Source of the DNA: Rhizophagus irregularis
Taxonomy: Eukaryota
Assembly (NCBI RefSeq): GCF_026210795.1
Contig: NC_089430.1
Coordinates: forward strand, 5,766,001-5,830,000
Reading direction: 5' to 3'
Length of the DNA stretch: 64,000 nucleotides
This document shows positions 1-13,157 of the stretch, piece after piece. Below the pieces are notes generated by a model. The model did no database searches. It was not told the DNA's origin and saw only the letters and a list, made by a program, of their open reading frames with translations. The position numbers were made by a program, and so were the translations under genes. Every line of letters starts with the position of its first letter. Position 1 is the stretch's first letter.

Positions 1-2492
1 ATACTTTTATGGAAGTTCATTACGATTGTCAACTTTTTAATGATTATAATTTAGGAAATAATTTATCTTATTATCATAATTTTGGAAGGAATTACGTATG
101 TTGATCACAAATTGATGAAATAATCACGTGGAAAGATGACGATATAATCGATATATTATAACATGAAGTTGGACATAATCTTCGACCTTAAATTTTGGAC
201 CTTAAATTATTATATTTTACACATTCCTTAATATTCGATTCTTTTATACTATTTTCTTATGATGTAAAAGTACATTTCTTAATAACTTATGAATTCTATT
301 GGTAATTTAACCTAAGTTACTCTTGTGGTTTCACCGGGGACAACAGGTTATTTTATTGATTTTATTCGTGAATTTCATTTTATTTCATATTTTGGGATGG
401 GAATTTTGGGCATTCGATGAATTTTATAATATTTTATTCATGAAATAATGTTTGAAAATGGGTTTTATTAAGGAAATAATCTTATTTTTGAAAAACGGAA
501 GGGGAATTATAGCAAATTTTTATTTGATGAATTCATGATAATTTATATTTAGGTTGATACTATTATGTATTTCCCCAATAGTGGGAAGATAATCGAGAAA
601 ATTAATATTTTATTATATTTAATAAAGGAATATTCACGTAAGACCATCGACCCCCAGTCTTACAGCGTCGAAGCGGTGCTACGATCCGTTCATCCGTCAC
701 TTGGATAATCTTTAGTGTATTATTTTAATAATCAGGAAATTAGCTCTTTTAAAGAATAAAAATTTATACAAGTTGTACAATGGTATTACTTTGTAAATAA
801 TTTTTATAAACCAGTTGCACGCATTAGCAATATATCTTACAGTTCCTGTTGCTGCGCCACACAAGAAAGCGAAGAAGAAGCAAGTTTTTGGAGCGACTTC
901 TTTTTGCAGTATACTTCACCAGTGTTTTTATTGCCTGAAGTACTGAATAGTCTATGGCCAATAGGCTTCGTAACTTACTTGCCAAAGGAACCTATACTGT
1001 GATAATTGCAGAGAAAAAAATTTCATATCGGGTATTGCATTGGCCACTTTTTTGATGGGTTTTGTCGTTGTAAAATTTGTGTCATAAAATTTGTAAAGTA
1101 ATTAAAAAATAAAGGAAAGTAAGTTTTTTATATATTATTTTGTTGTACAAGCTTTTCAATAGCAATAAATACATAAAAGTTAAATTGTAATACTTAATGA
1201 AGTCATGATTTACGCGAAAGTATATTTTTTATATGAAAAAATAATTTTTATTTCGCGTTAATGTCACATAGCTTTGACACGGACAAATTTTAAGGAATTT
1301 CACATTTTGTAATTATATAAATATTTATTATAGTTTGGATTAATAGTGAAAATTATTATTATTTATTATTATTATTTTAAAAAAAGTTTCTTAATTAAAC
1401 ACATACAATTTATTTAAAATTTAAATATGCAAATAATTCTTTATATTACGATCGCTTTCGTTAAACAAAGATAATTATAAATACCGAAAACTTCTTCATT
1501 AATAATAAACAAAAATTCTCACGAAATGATTTTTACTTTAGAAAGGCGGTCAAATTATACAAATAAACCATATCGGTACCAAATACATAATCAAACTTTA
1601 CGAAATGTGCTCATCTCCTAGTACGGGGACCCACCCTTCAAATTTCTTACGAAATGATCCAATTAGAATTTGTCAAATTATTCATTATCACGATGTCTTC
1701 AAAGGTATTTATATATGGTATTATACGTAGAAAAACCATCTGTTTTAAACTTAAAAATTTTATTTAGCTTTTCTAAATTCCCATTTAATTAAATTTTTAT
1801 TTTCACTTGGACCATTTTATTTTAGGATAACTTAATACTGGAAACATAGCGGGCTTTCCAATTTTATCTCAATTTTATCACACGATATACTGTAAGTACC
1901 GTTGTGAGATTTTGTTTTTTGAAAAATTCTACATATTAAAATATTCCTCAAATTTTGCTATCTAGTTGGTATTTTTAGCATACCTATTTTTATTAAATCT
2001 ATTTGTTATTAATCAACTTTTATATGTAATAACTTTTTAATTTAGCAATTTTATACATTGCAATTGGCGGATTAAAAATTTAAAATATCACATAATAAAT
2101 ATTACTCAAACTTTCCAAATTAACAAACAAAAATTTGATATATCTGTTTCTAAAATTTTATTAAAATTTAAAGTAAAATGAGGGACTTTAATATGTTCCA
2201 TTTATTTAAAATTAAAATCAAATATAATTCTTATGGAAAATTATTATGATTCTACAATCATTTGAAAGAGGATAATGAAAGCTATCCAGTAATTAAAAAT
2301 TGCATTAGTTGAATCACTGATTAAAGATTAATTTCGTCTAATACATAAATTTTCTATTTTTTAGCATGATCATTAATATCTCCGCATGACATGATCTTTT
2401 AAAATAAAACTAAATTATTTGTGTAATATATATGCATATTAAAAAAAAGAACACTATATCGTCCAATTTATTTTCGATGTATCAGTCATACA

Positions 2493-2542
2493 GATCGGCA
2501 GAATCCTGGATAATTATAATTCTGGCCAGAATTATGCCGATC
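2493..2542. repeat. Imperfect inverted repeat containing a perfect 20-bp palindrome
   Basis: gatcggcagaatcctgg (2493) pairs with ccagaattatgccgatc (ending 2542) at 15/17 positions; ataattctggccagaattat (2516-2535) is a perfect palindrome. Confidence 0.7.
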
Positions 2543-3008
2543 ATTAATCGATTCATCGGTTTAAAAATTATATTTAATTAATTCGTTTCAAAATTTTGTT
2601 GAAATCGGTTTGTAAAAATTGAACCCTAATTCAAAGCACATGATTTTGTTAACATATGATGACAGTTAACCAACTAACTTTTCAAATCTTTTCCTCAATA
2701 TATCATTTTACCTTTTTTATTATTGACGTTTGAGTGTAGAATGAAATTGAATTGTGAAAAAATAATTACCAATAATAATTGAAACTTTAAGATATCAAGA
2801 TGGATAAGATGGTTGATTGATTTTTTAAAAGCATTTTCGATAAAACTTTAATATTATGAAAATACTACAAATATTTTGGCTTATTATAAATTTTATAATG
2901 TCTTAATAATTTATCGAGTAAAATGAGTATCAAAAGATGAGATTCTAATAATTGTTCAAATAAGTTGGTTATAAGTTTAAGATTGACGTAATATAAAATA
3001 ATATTTAA

Positions 3009-3044
3009 CTAGAGGATTCTAATGTGCGGTGACTTCGTCACCGC
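3009..3044 (-). mobile_element. Canonical Helitron 3' terminus (GC hairpin + CTAG)
   Basis: On the minus strand: perfect hairpin gcggtgac-gaa-gtcaccgc (3026-3044), 13-nt spacer, CTAG (3012-3009), then T. The matching 5' end is uncertain; a candidate A|TCATATAACC lies at 3892. Confidence 0.7.
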
Positions 3045-3410
3045 TAATTGATCTGCTTAAATTGAAATGTATTATATAATAATGTATAATAGTGCAATAT
3101 TAATTTTATTATTCTTATGAACTTATTTATAAAAGAGATGTCCTTAAAGAAGATACTTCAATTGACATATGAAATCTATTGGATCAAAGATTTTATAAGG
3201 TATTATAATGGATGAAAATGTATTCATTTATTTTATTTTTAAATTATTTATTGTCATTGTAAAAAAAAAAATTTTTTTTTATTAATCATTTTATTAATAC
3301 TAAAAAAATAAATAAATAATCTTTTTGACTATTCTTATTACATTTTATTTTTATTTTATTATTTAATAAAATAAAAAAATGTGAAATAATTTGGGATAAA
3401 AAAATAAAAA

Positions 3411-3853
3411 TCTATAATATACTAAAAAAATTACCTAACGTTTAGATTAGCCTGTATAAATAATTTTGAATTGTCTAACACATGATTTGTCCGCGCCTGA
3501 ACTATTGATGCTTTGCATTAATAAATTTTTAAAATCAATATCGCTCTTCTTTTTACGATTAGTAATTTTTTTTATTTTTATTTTTTTTAACCATAATAGA
3601 TTAACTTCAGGATTTTTTTTCATTTTTTTTATTTTTTAAACAATCTTTTTTTTTTAAACAATTTATTTTTTTTTTAATAGATCGTTTAGTTATTTTTTTA
3701 TATTTTTTTTTTAACAACAAAATCGTTTAGTAATTTTTTTTTTAATAATAGACTGTTTAGAAATTTTTATTTATTTTTTAAAATTTTTTTCCAAGTTCCA
3801 ACAATAGATCAGACTTTGCCCTTTCTTTATGTTCGGTAACTGACATTTACTAG
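3411..3853 (+). mobile_element. Non-autonomous Helitron (~440 bp)
   Basis: 5' A|TCTATAATATACTAAAAAAA; 3' weak hairpin atgttcggtaactgacat then CTAG|T (3850-3854). The 5' motif taacgtttagattagcctgtataaata is homologous to the 5' end of the 51068-52877 element. T-rich internal repeats. Confidence 0.6.
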
Positions 3854-4776
3854 TAATATTAATTAGTAATAGTTAGTTCCCGGGTTATATGATTTATTGT
3901 TGTCTTTAAATCAAGATTTGTACTGTTCTTCAAACTAATATTAATAAATATTATGCAATAGTACAATAATTACTTGAATTCTTTAAAGTGAATAGCTACT
4001 AAAATTCCACATTTCCATAACAGATAACTGACATAGTTTGTTAATTAATCAAATATTTATTTACTTGAAAGTTGTTAATTACGTCACTTTTCTGATAGGA
4101 TAAATAGTTTATTCCACAGTTCCTAGCTAGTTATAACATAATTTCAGTACTTTACTTAAGCTTCCTATACCTATTTCTTTAGTTAAAGTAGTTCAGCATA
4201 TATGGAACTACCTAAATACCAATTTTTTATCAAACAGCTTAAATATTCTGCGGAATTACTGTGTCGTACGCGGTTGGTTTTTTTCACTTTACAGTGTAGT
4301 TTGGCACTTTCGTTAGATGAAATAAGCCTTGTTGTTAAGCAAATTCATTCGGTAGGTACAAAATTACTCTCAAATATTCATAAAATAATTTTGTTTATTA
4401 AATTTAATATAAGTGTAAAGAATTTTTTTAATGTTCTTATTATACTGTAAAAGTAATAAAATCATTTTTTTTTTTATTATAATATTTAAGAAAAAATATT
4501 GCCATTTTCTCTTCTCTTATTTTTTTTTTAAGTGATAAATGTTTATCAGTGAGACACGATGAGCTGCAGGCAGACTGCAGCGCATGCGTGCATATTCATG
4601 ACCCCCTTGTTTGTATTATGCGAGTCGGGTCAAATCTGTCACACAGGTCCTGCAATATGCTGTATATATATATTTATTTATTTCGTACAAATTTTATTCC
4701 TCCTTTTATATTTCATTTTTGTTTTATTATTTCATAAAGTATTATTGGTACACTAATTAAGAAATTAAAACTAAAT

Positions 4777-7700
4777 ATGGAATGTATAAAATGTAAATTT
4801 AAATGTAACGTTATATATTTTCAACAAAATTTCAACAATTGGACCAGTGGTAATAAATATATTGATAAATTTATTCAAGATACTCAACTATCAGCTCATT
4901 ATGATATAGAAACAGCATTAGAATGGATACCATATGATAGATTTTGTGATATTAAATATACTGCGGAAGGTAAAGTGTATAGAGCAAATTGGATTGATGG
5001 ATATATTTATGAATGGGATATTGAAATTCAAAATTGGAAAAGAATTGATCAAAATATATTTGTAACATTGAAAAGTTTAAATGATCCAGAAAATATTTCA
5101 CTCGAATTTATGAATATCAGTATGGTATATATATATTTATTTATTATTTAATTAATTTTAAAAAAACTCTTAATTTTTTACTAATACATTATATTTGTAG
5201 ATTAATAGGTTTTATGGAATAACTCAAGATCCAAAAACAAAAAATTATATGATAGTTTTGAGTGGTAAATGTAAAAAATGTAATCAAGTATGTAATGCAA
5301 TATACTTTCAAAAAAAATTTGAGAGTTGGACAAGTGGTAATGATGATATTGATAAATTTATTCAAGATACTCAATTATCAGTACATGATAATCATAATTT
5401 ATTTAATAAAGCAATAGAATGGATACCTTATAATAAATTTTATGATATTAAATATATTAAAAAAATTGGAGTATATAGAGCAAATTGGATTGATGGATAT
5501 ATTTATGAATGGGATAATGAAAATCAAAATTGGAAAAGATTTGCTCAAAATATGTTCGTGATCTTGAAAAGTTTAAATGATCCAAAAAATATTTCATCAG
5601 AATTTATGGATATCATTATGGTATATATATTTATTATTTAGCTAAATTTTAAAAAAAAATTTAATCTTTACTAATATTTTATATTTGTAGATTAATAGGC
5701 TTTATGGAATAACTCAAGACCCACAAACAAAAAATTATATGATGATTTTGAATTATAAGTATGACAAGTGTGAAAAATGTAATGGTATATGTAATGCAAT
5801 ACACTTTCAACAAAATTTTGAGAATTGGACTAGTGGCAATGATGTAGTTGATAATTTTATTCAAGATACTCAGCTATCAGCTCATCACAGTACAAAAGAA
5901 GCATTAGAATGGATATCTTATAATAGTTTTAGTAACATTAAATCTATTGTAATAGGTGGGTTTAGTAAGGTATATAAAGCAAATTGGATTGATGGGTACA
6001 TAAAGCATTGGGATTATAAAAATCAAAATTGGGTAAGAGAAGGTCAAAATATATTTGTATATTTGAGAAGTTTAAGTGATCCAAAAAATATTATATTGGA
6101 ATTTAAGAATAAGGTAAAATATATGTTATTTAATTGGAATTTTAAAAAATCAATTTTTACTAATGTATTATACTTGTAGATTAATAGGCCTTATGGAATA
6201 ACTCAAGATCCAAAGACAAAATATTATATGATGGTTCTTAGTGATGAATGTAAAATATGTAATCAAGCATGTGAAGTAATACACTTTCAACAAAACTTTG
6301 AAAGCTGGACTAGTGGTAATGATGACATTGATAAATTTATTCAAGATACTCAATTATTAGCTCATGATGATGCAAAAAAAGCATTAGAATGGATACCTTA
6401 TAATAGGTTATATAACATTAAACATATTGAAAAAATTAGAATGTATAGAGCAAATTGGATTGATGGATATTTTTATAAATGGGATAATGAAAATCAAGAT
6501 TGGAGCAGATATGGTAAAAATATGATTATAACTCTGAAAGTTTTAAATAATTATGTCACATTAGAATTTATGAATAAGGTAATATTTAATGAAATTTTGA
6601 AATTTTGATTTTACTATTTTACTAATATATTACTATATATTGTATTTGTAGATTAAAACGAATTATGAATTTTACGGAATAACTCAAGATCCACAAACAT
6701 TAAATTATATGATGGTTGTGATTGATAAATGTAAAAAATGCAACCGTATATGTAATTCAATTTACTTTCAACAAAATTTTGGAAATTGGACTAGTGGTAA
6801 TAATGATATTGATCAATTTATTCAAGATATTCAGTTATCAGTTCATTATAAGGTAACAGATGCATTAGAATGGATTCCTTATAATAGATTCTATAATATT
6901 GAGTATGTTGCAAGAGGTGGATTTGGCAAAGTATATAGAGCAAATTGGATTGATGGACGTATTGATAAATGGGATAATATAAATCAAAATTGGAAAAGAC
7001 ATGATGAAAATATGTTTGTAGCTCTGAAAAGTTTATGTTATTCAAAAAATATTACATTGGAATTTATGAATGAGGTATTGTATGAATAATTTATTAACAA
7101 TATTTTTAATTATATTAATTTTATTATCACTTTTTCTGCCTTTATATATAGATGATATTTCATCATAAATTAGATCCTAATTATAGAATTATTAATTTCT
7201 ATGGAATAACTCAAGATCCAGAAACAAAAAATTATGTAATGGTTTTAGAATATGCAGATGATGGAAGTTTACGAAAATATTTGGATACAAGTTATAATAA
7301 ATTGAATTGGCAAAATAAAATCAATCATTTATTTGATATTATAACTGGGCTTAAATTTATTCACGAAAGTAATTTGATTCATCGAGACTTGCATGTTGGC
7401 AATATATTAAAACTTAAATTTAAAATCGCTATAACTGATATGGGATTGTGTAAGCCTGCAAACTGTAATTTGCAAAAAAACAACGTATATGGTGTTTTGC
7501 CTTATATAGCTCCCGAAATTTTACTAGGACGAGCTTATACAAAAGCTGCAGATATTTATAGTTTTGGTATAATGATGTATGAGGTAATCTCTGGTTTACC
7601 TCCTTTTCATGACGTAAGCCATGACGAAAACTTAGCAATAAAAATTTGTCAAGGACTTAGACCAAGGTTTGACATTAATGTACCTCAATTAATTGTGCAC

Positions 7701-8170
7701 TTAATTAAAAGATGCCTAGACGCAAATTCGTCAAAGAGACCAGAAGTAGAAGACATTAGATATATTTTATATATGTGGCGACATGAGCCAGATGAAAAAC
7801 AAACAACGGAATTACAAGCACAAATTAAAAAAGCAGATGCAATAAACGATAATTCATCAAATAATAGTATACCTTCAACATGTTTAGGATTATCATATAA
7901 AACACACTCGGAAGCTGTTTATACAAGTAGACTACTTAATTTTAATAATCTTCCTGAACCAAAGAACTCTGATGATTATTATAGATATAATGATAATATA
8001 ATTAGCATTGAATCTTCAGGTATTGTTTAATGAAAAAAAAAATAATTAAAATAAATACAAAAGAATACTAATTAAAATATTATTTATTAGTATTATTATC
8101 TCAACAAATTGATATTTCTCAATTGGACATTAATAATCTCCTTGAAACAAAAAATTCTGATGATGATTAA
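4777..8170 (+). CDS. Tyrosine-kinase-like protein kinase K1 with 5 tandem N-lobe repeats (~986 aa, 7 exons)
   Basis: GT-AG exons 4777-5124, 5201-5620, 5691-6113, 6180-6578, 6652-7074, 7152-8019, 8091-8170 join in frame. Kinase motifs GGFGKVY, VALK, HRDLHVGN, DMG, APE, DIYSFG. A decayed ESLQIDIS* exon follows at ~8272. Confidence 0.88.
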
Positions 8171-8587
8171 TATAAACAAAATAGGAATATCCAGGTATTA
8201 ATCAAATATTTATAAAATATTTTGAGAATTTGAGATTTTTAAATACTAATAAATTTATTTTATTTAAATAGAATCTTTACAAATTGATATTTCTTAATTG
8301 AATTCTAACAAAGATGGTAAAAGTGTAAGTTATAAGATAATGGATAAAATGCATTATTTTCAAGATATTTTTTTGCATTATAATTTAAATTCTATTCAAT
8401 GCCTTGCTTTCTTTTCTGTATTATGATTTTATAATTTGATGTATTTTTTTTTATTCGTTTCAATAATTGAATTGCAACTTTATTTTTTATAAACCGTACA
8501 CTAATTTACTATGATGCAGTCCAACTACACTAATCCCTGTACTTTCACGCTATTAATTAGCGTTCACAGTTAAATTAATTTTATTCC

Positions 8588-8670
8588 GTGATTGGCAGAA
8601 TTGAACCTGTGACCTCATCATACTTAGGATATATGAGGGAATGCCACCTTAACGACTGCACTAGGGTGAT
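8588..8670 (-). other. Degenerate tRNA-like / SINE-head-like sequence
   Basis: Minus strand has an A-box-like tagtgcagtcgttaagg, a stem tcatat/gtatga around loop atcctaa, and a B-box-like ggttcaattct. The acceptor stem does not pair. Confidence 0.3.
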
Positions 8671-9054
8671 CAGCGAAATTGAATGAGGAAGTATGAGAGT
8701 ACCATTAAATAGAACTAGGGTAATTTGGTATTGTTAGTGAGTTATAATATAATTATTGCATTATTCAGTAATTATTTATATATATTTTAAGTAATATTAT
8801 AGGGTTTATATTAAAAAGTTGATTTGTATTTTGTATTTTTATCAAATAATAAATTTTATGGTTTATTTTGAGTTTATTAGTTTTATTAAAGAAATATTAT
8901 ATTTAATGATCAAAATGAATTGATCCTGTAACATGTTAAGTGGTAATAATATAAAGATAAATATAAATATAATAGTTTGTATTAATTTTAGTAAAATATT
9001 AGATATGATGATAATGTTAAGTATAGTGATTTAAAAAAATTAGATTGGATGCTA

Positions 9055-12000
9055 TTATGATAAATACATTGTATTGAACTTCTCCTGTAATCTATTTAAT
9101 TCTGACAACATTGCATCATCTACTTTTATTGCATTTGGATCAAAAGATTGGATTTCTAGATTTTCCCAAGATGTGGCACGACTTATTGCTACATAAGATT
9201 GCCTATGAGCAAACATTTGTTCATCCAATGATACAGTTACATGGGGTAATGTAAGGCCTTGTGTCTTGTGTACAGTTAGAGCAAATGCATTTTGAAGTGG
9301 AAATTGTGTTCGTTGTGCTGAAGCTCCATGTAAGTTAAAATAAGTTGTAATTTTTTCTACTATAACTTGATTTATCCCATTATTTATTGGAAATGCCACT
9401 TCTACTTGATTTTCATTTATTAATTTAGTTACCACACCAATTGATCCATTACAAAGTTGTTCATTAAATAATTTGTTAGTTAGAAACATTACTCTTGCTC
9501 CTTCTCTTATTATTAATTCAGATGGTAAATTAGTATAATGTCTAAATTGTTTATCATATTCTTTTGGTATACATTCTTTTTCATTAACATAATCAATAGC
9601 TGTAGAAATTAAAAATCCAGAGGAGATATCTTTAAAAATAGGAAGATAACCACAGATTAAATTATTAATTGAATCTGCATTATGACGAAATCCAAAAATA
9701 TAGGTAGTATCAGTTGACATTTCATTGTTACTTTGATATGATTGCACTTTTTCATCAATTAATCTTCTTGTTTCTGAACTTATATTTCCTATTCGCATTT
9801 CTTCTAATATATTATAAAATGATCTATCTTGTTGGCGATGAGAAGTTGTAAGAAAAAGTGGGAAAAATTCTTGCCATTCTGGAGCATAAAAAACTTGTTT
9901 ACCACTTACAGGTGGAAGTTGAGCAATATCTCCAATTAGTAAAGTTGGAATTCCACCAAAAGGTACTGGTGATTTGTTAATTTTTGCAAATAATGAACTA
10001 ATAAAAGATAAAAGAATTGATGATACCATTGATACTTCTTCAATTATAATAGCTTTAATCTGGCTAAGTTTTTCAAATTGTTGATTATTATAATGAGATA
10101 ATGTTTCAAAATAGGTTTGAGTATTTCTAATATATAGTGCTGAATGTATAGTTTTTCCATTTACATTTTGTGCAGCAACACCAGTAGGAGCCATCAATAA
10201 ATATTCAGTTTTTTTATCAGCTAAAAAATTTTTAATTAGATGTATCATAAAAGATTTACCAGTACCTGCTGAACCAGTTAGAAAAAAATAAGGATGTTTA
10301 GAATGTAATCTTTCTCCCCAACTATTTGTAAGTATATTCATTATTTTGTATTGATCTTCAGAAAGTAGCATAGATGAGAGATTTAAAGAGCGAATAGGTT
10401 GACGTAACAAATTATTTAACTGATTTCCAATAATTTCTTGTAAGTTTACATGCAATGAAGATATCAAATTATTAACTAAATTTTGATAATTATTTGTATA
10501 TCTTTGAATATTAGATTGCATTGAATTTTGTACAAAATTTAAAGTTAATGAATATTCAGTAGGATATTTAGCTTCAAAATGAGCTTTATAAGTTTGATAT
10601 AAGCTTTTTAAATCAGTTTCACTTCTAACAGGTAATCTAAGTAGTAATTGTTGATAATAAAATGATTCTGATTGCTGAATTGTTAAATGTTGAAAACGTA
10701 CAAGAATTTCTTTTTGTCTTTTTCTTACAAAGCGATTTTTTTTATCTATATAATATATTCCATTTTTTGGCTGACTTTTTTGTATAGTATAATTGCGATG
10801 ATAAAAAGGATATGTCATACTATCAAATTCATTATCAGATGGACGATCAAAATATTTATCAATGGCATCATCCCAATAGGGAGATAATTGTTCTTCTTGT
10901 TGTAATAAATAAAGTGGTTTTATAGATTTAGTTCTTATTTCAGGAGGAATAGAAGGAAGAAATTCAACAGCAATTGATGATCAACATATTGAATATCCAA
11001 GTAAAAGAATCATTAATTCCATTGATCCAAGACGTCTTGCTAAAATATGTTTTCGAAATGCATCAGGTTCAGAAATATCAAAATATTCTGATGGTTCAGA
11101 TTTTGTAACATACTTAGTCATATATTTTGCAAATTGATGTGTTGTTACATATTGAAAATTAATATGACCATTCCATAAAAATAATGTTGGTGCATGATAT
11201 GGAATAACATATAAATCTTCTTCTTTAGTACGACGATAAATATATCTTAAGGAATTAGGATCTTCATGTGTAGTATCTGAATATGGTTGAGGAAAACCTT
11301 TTTTGCAACGTGAACCAGATGGAGCTGAACCTCCACAACGTGAATCACAAGTATGAATTTGATGTTTTTTAACCAATTCATATAATTCTGGTTCAGAATT
11401 GGGATCTGGCATATCTGCTCTAATTACATTAGAATCAATTAATTCAGAAATTGATTTAGATAAATAAGCTATACCATGTGTATGAATTGCTCCACGATTT
11501 TGAAATTCATCACGTTCAAAATGATGTAACCAGTTACCCCAATCAGTTAAATTTGGATTTTTCCAAAGATATTGATGCATTGATGCTAAACGATGATGAT
11601 AATGCAAGTAGATATGAAATGGACAATTAGAAGGAAGGGGATCTTTGTTATCAGTTTTTAATAAAATATTTTTTAAATGTGACCAATGATTTTCAGCCAT
11701 AGTCATAGTATAAAAAATTTGTGGTAAACCAAATCCTTGAACCATAGTATTAATATGATGTTCTTTTTGGCGAAAATAAGAATCTCCTGTTCTAATATAA
11801 GAAGGTATAGTTGTTGTATTTTTTTCATTAATTATTGGACGTCCAGTATAAATACTATTGGTAATTAAATCTGCTGTTGTTAATTGATGTGATAGTGAAG
11901 TATTATATTGATTTAAAATTCGATTTCTATTTTGGTGATTTCTTAATTTTTCAATTGTTAAATAAATATAATGAGGCCAATACCAAGATAATCTCCATCT

Positions 12001-13157
12001 GGGATCAGGACAAAGTAGTAAGATTTTGCATAATTACCTAAACTATCTGTAAATCGCCGATTTGTATTTTCATCATTTATATAAAATCCTTTTCCATATG
12101 GAAAAAGGTCAGGAAATAAAAGTGGTTCAATATTTTTATCATAAAAAGATATTGGTAATTTTTTATTATATGGATCAGTTAAAAATCCTGCCATTAATCG
12201 ATTATAATGGTAATCTTCATTATGAATTTCTGCATCAAGTTCATAGGGAGGTAGTATTACAGCAGAAGGACGTGAATTAATGTTAAATAATGGTTGGTCT
12301 TGATTTTGAGAAGTATTACTAAGTGAGGCATTTGGAAAGATAATTGGTGCCCCATCCCATATTCCACGATTAATTAAAGTTTGATATGGTTTAAAATAAG
12401 GATTATGATCTCGTAACCATCTTGCTGCATTATCAAGTGAAGAATGATACCATGAATTTGATTGATTATTATTTAGTATAGCACCAATGGTACCAGAATA
12501 TAATGCAAGTGCATTAATATTTTTTGAGTAGTTAAAGGTTCCAGTTAAGTGACGATAGTTTGTGTAAGCATTGCTATTTGGAACTCGGCCTAATGAACAA
12601 CTAAGATGAATAGGTGAGAGATAAATTCGATGATATAAAGGCACACTTTGAATTTCATCAGGTATAGGATCAGGAATTGGTATTTTAAGATGATTATTAG
12701 AATTATAACAAGAAGAACATGTTGCTATACGTGCAGGTTGAGAATCTTCAGTATGAAAAACTAATGTGATTTGTGGATTATTTGAATAAACTTCTTCTAA
12801 AGGATATTTAAATGTTCTATCATATAGTTCCCACTTTGCCTTTGTTGGATACTGTAAACGAGAACAATAACTACATGGAACACATGGATATTGAGTAAGA
12901 ATAGTTGTATTAAACCGATCTTGTAAGTTACACAATTTTATAGAAGGTTGCCAGGATGGAAAATAAGCTCTAAAGGTGATGTTTGCAGAAGACAAAGATG
13001 GTTGAATTGGAATTCGAGAATGATCTGCATTAGCTTGTTGACGAACTGCATAACTTGAAAATAATGAACTATCAAAATTTTCATGTTCTGAGTTCAAATA
13101 AGATTCAGAATCATTATCTGATACTTCAACTCTCCAATGATTAACAGTAAAACTCAT
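9055..13157 (-). pseudogene. Helitron RepHel (HUH Rep + PIF1 helicase), ~1365 aa, with one frameshift and one nonsense codon
   Basis: The three ORFs are one gene: a -1 frameshift at ~12022 (NYAK / LLLCPDPRWR) and an in-frame TGA at 10983-10981. Rep motifs GLPQIFYTMT, EFQNRGAIHTHG, YMTKYVTK. PIF1 motifs GSAGTGKS, APTGVAA, EEVSM, FGG..GDIAQLPPV, QFPLQNAFALTVHKTQGLTL, YVAISRA. N-terminal Cys cluster and EPLLFPDLFPYGKG. Confidence 0.9.

Noticed and set aside
640..1085. Possible small minus-strand gene (HRLFSTS...CFFFAFLCGAATGT|gt)
   Set aside because: Stops in all frames and no recognisable family; cannot be supported.
4202..4756. Short ORFs upstream of K1
   Set aside because: Low-complexity, no motifs; likely promoter/UTR sequence.
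5189..7638. Repeated minus-strand ORFs (5189, 5679, 6168, 6818, 7429; also 38485, 45731)
   Set aside because: Antisense shadows of the kinase repeats; their similarity derives from the sense strand.
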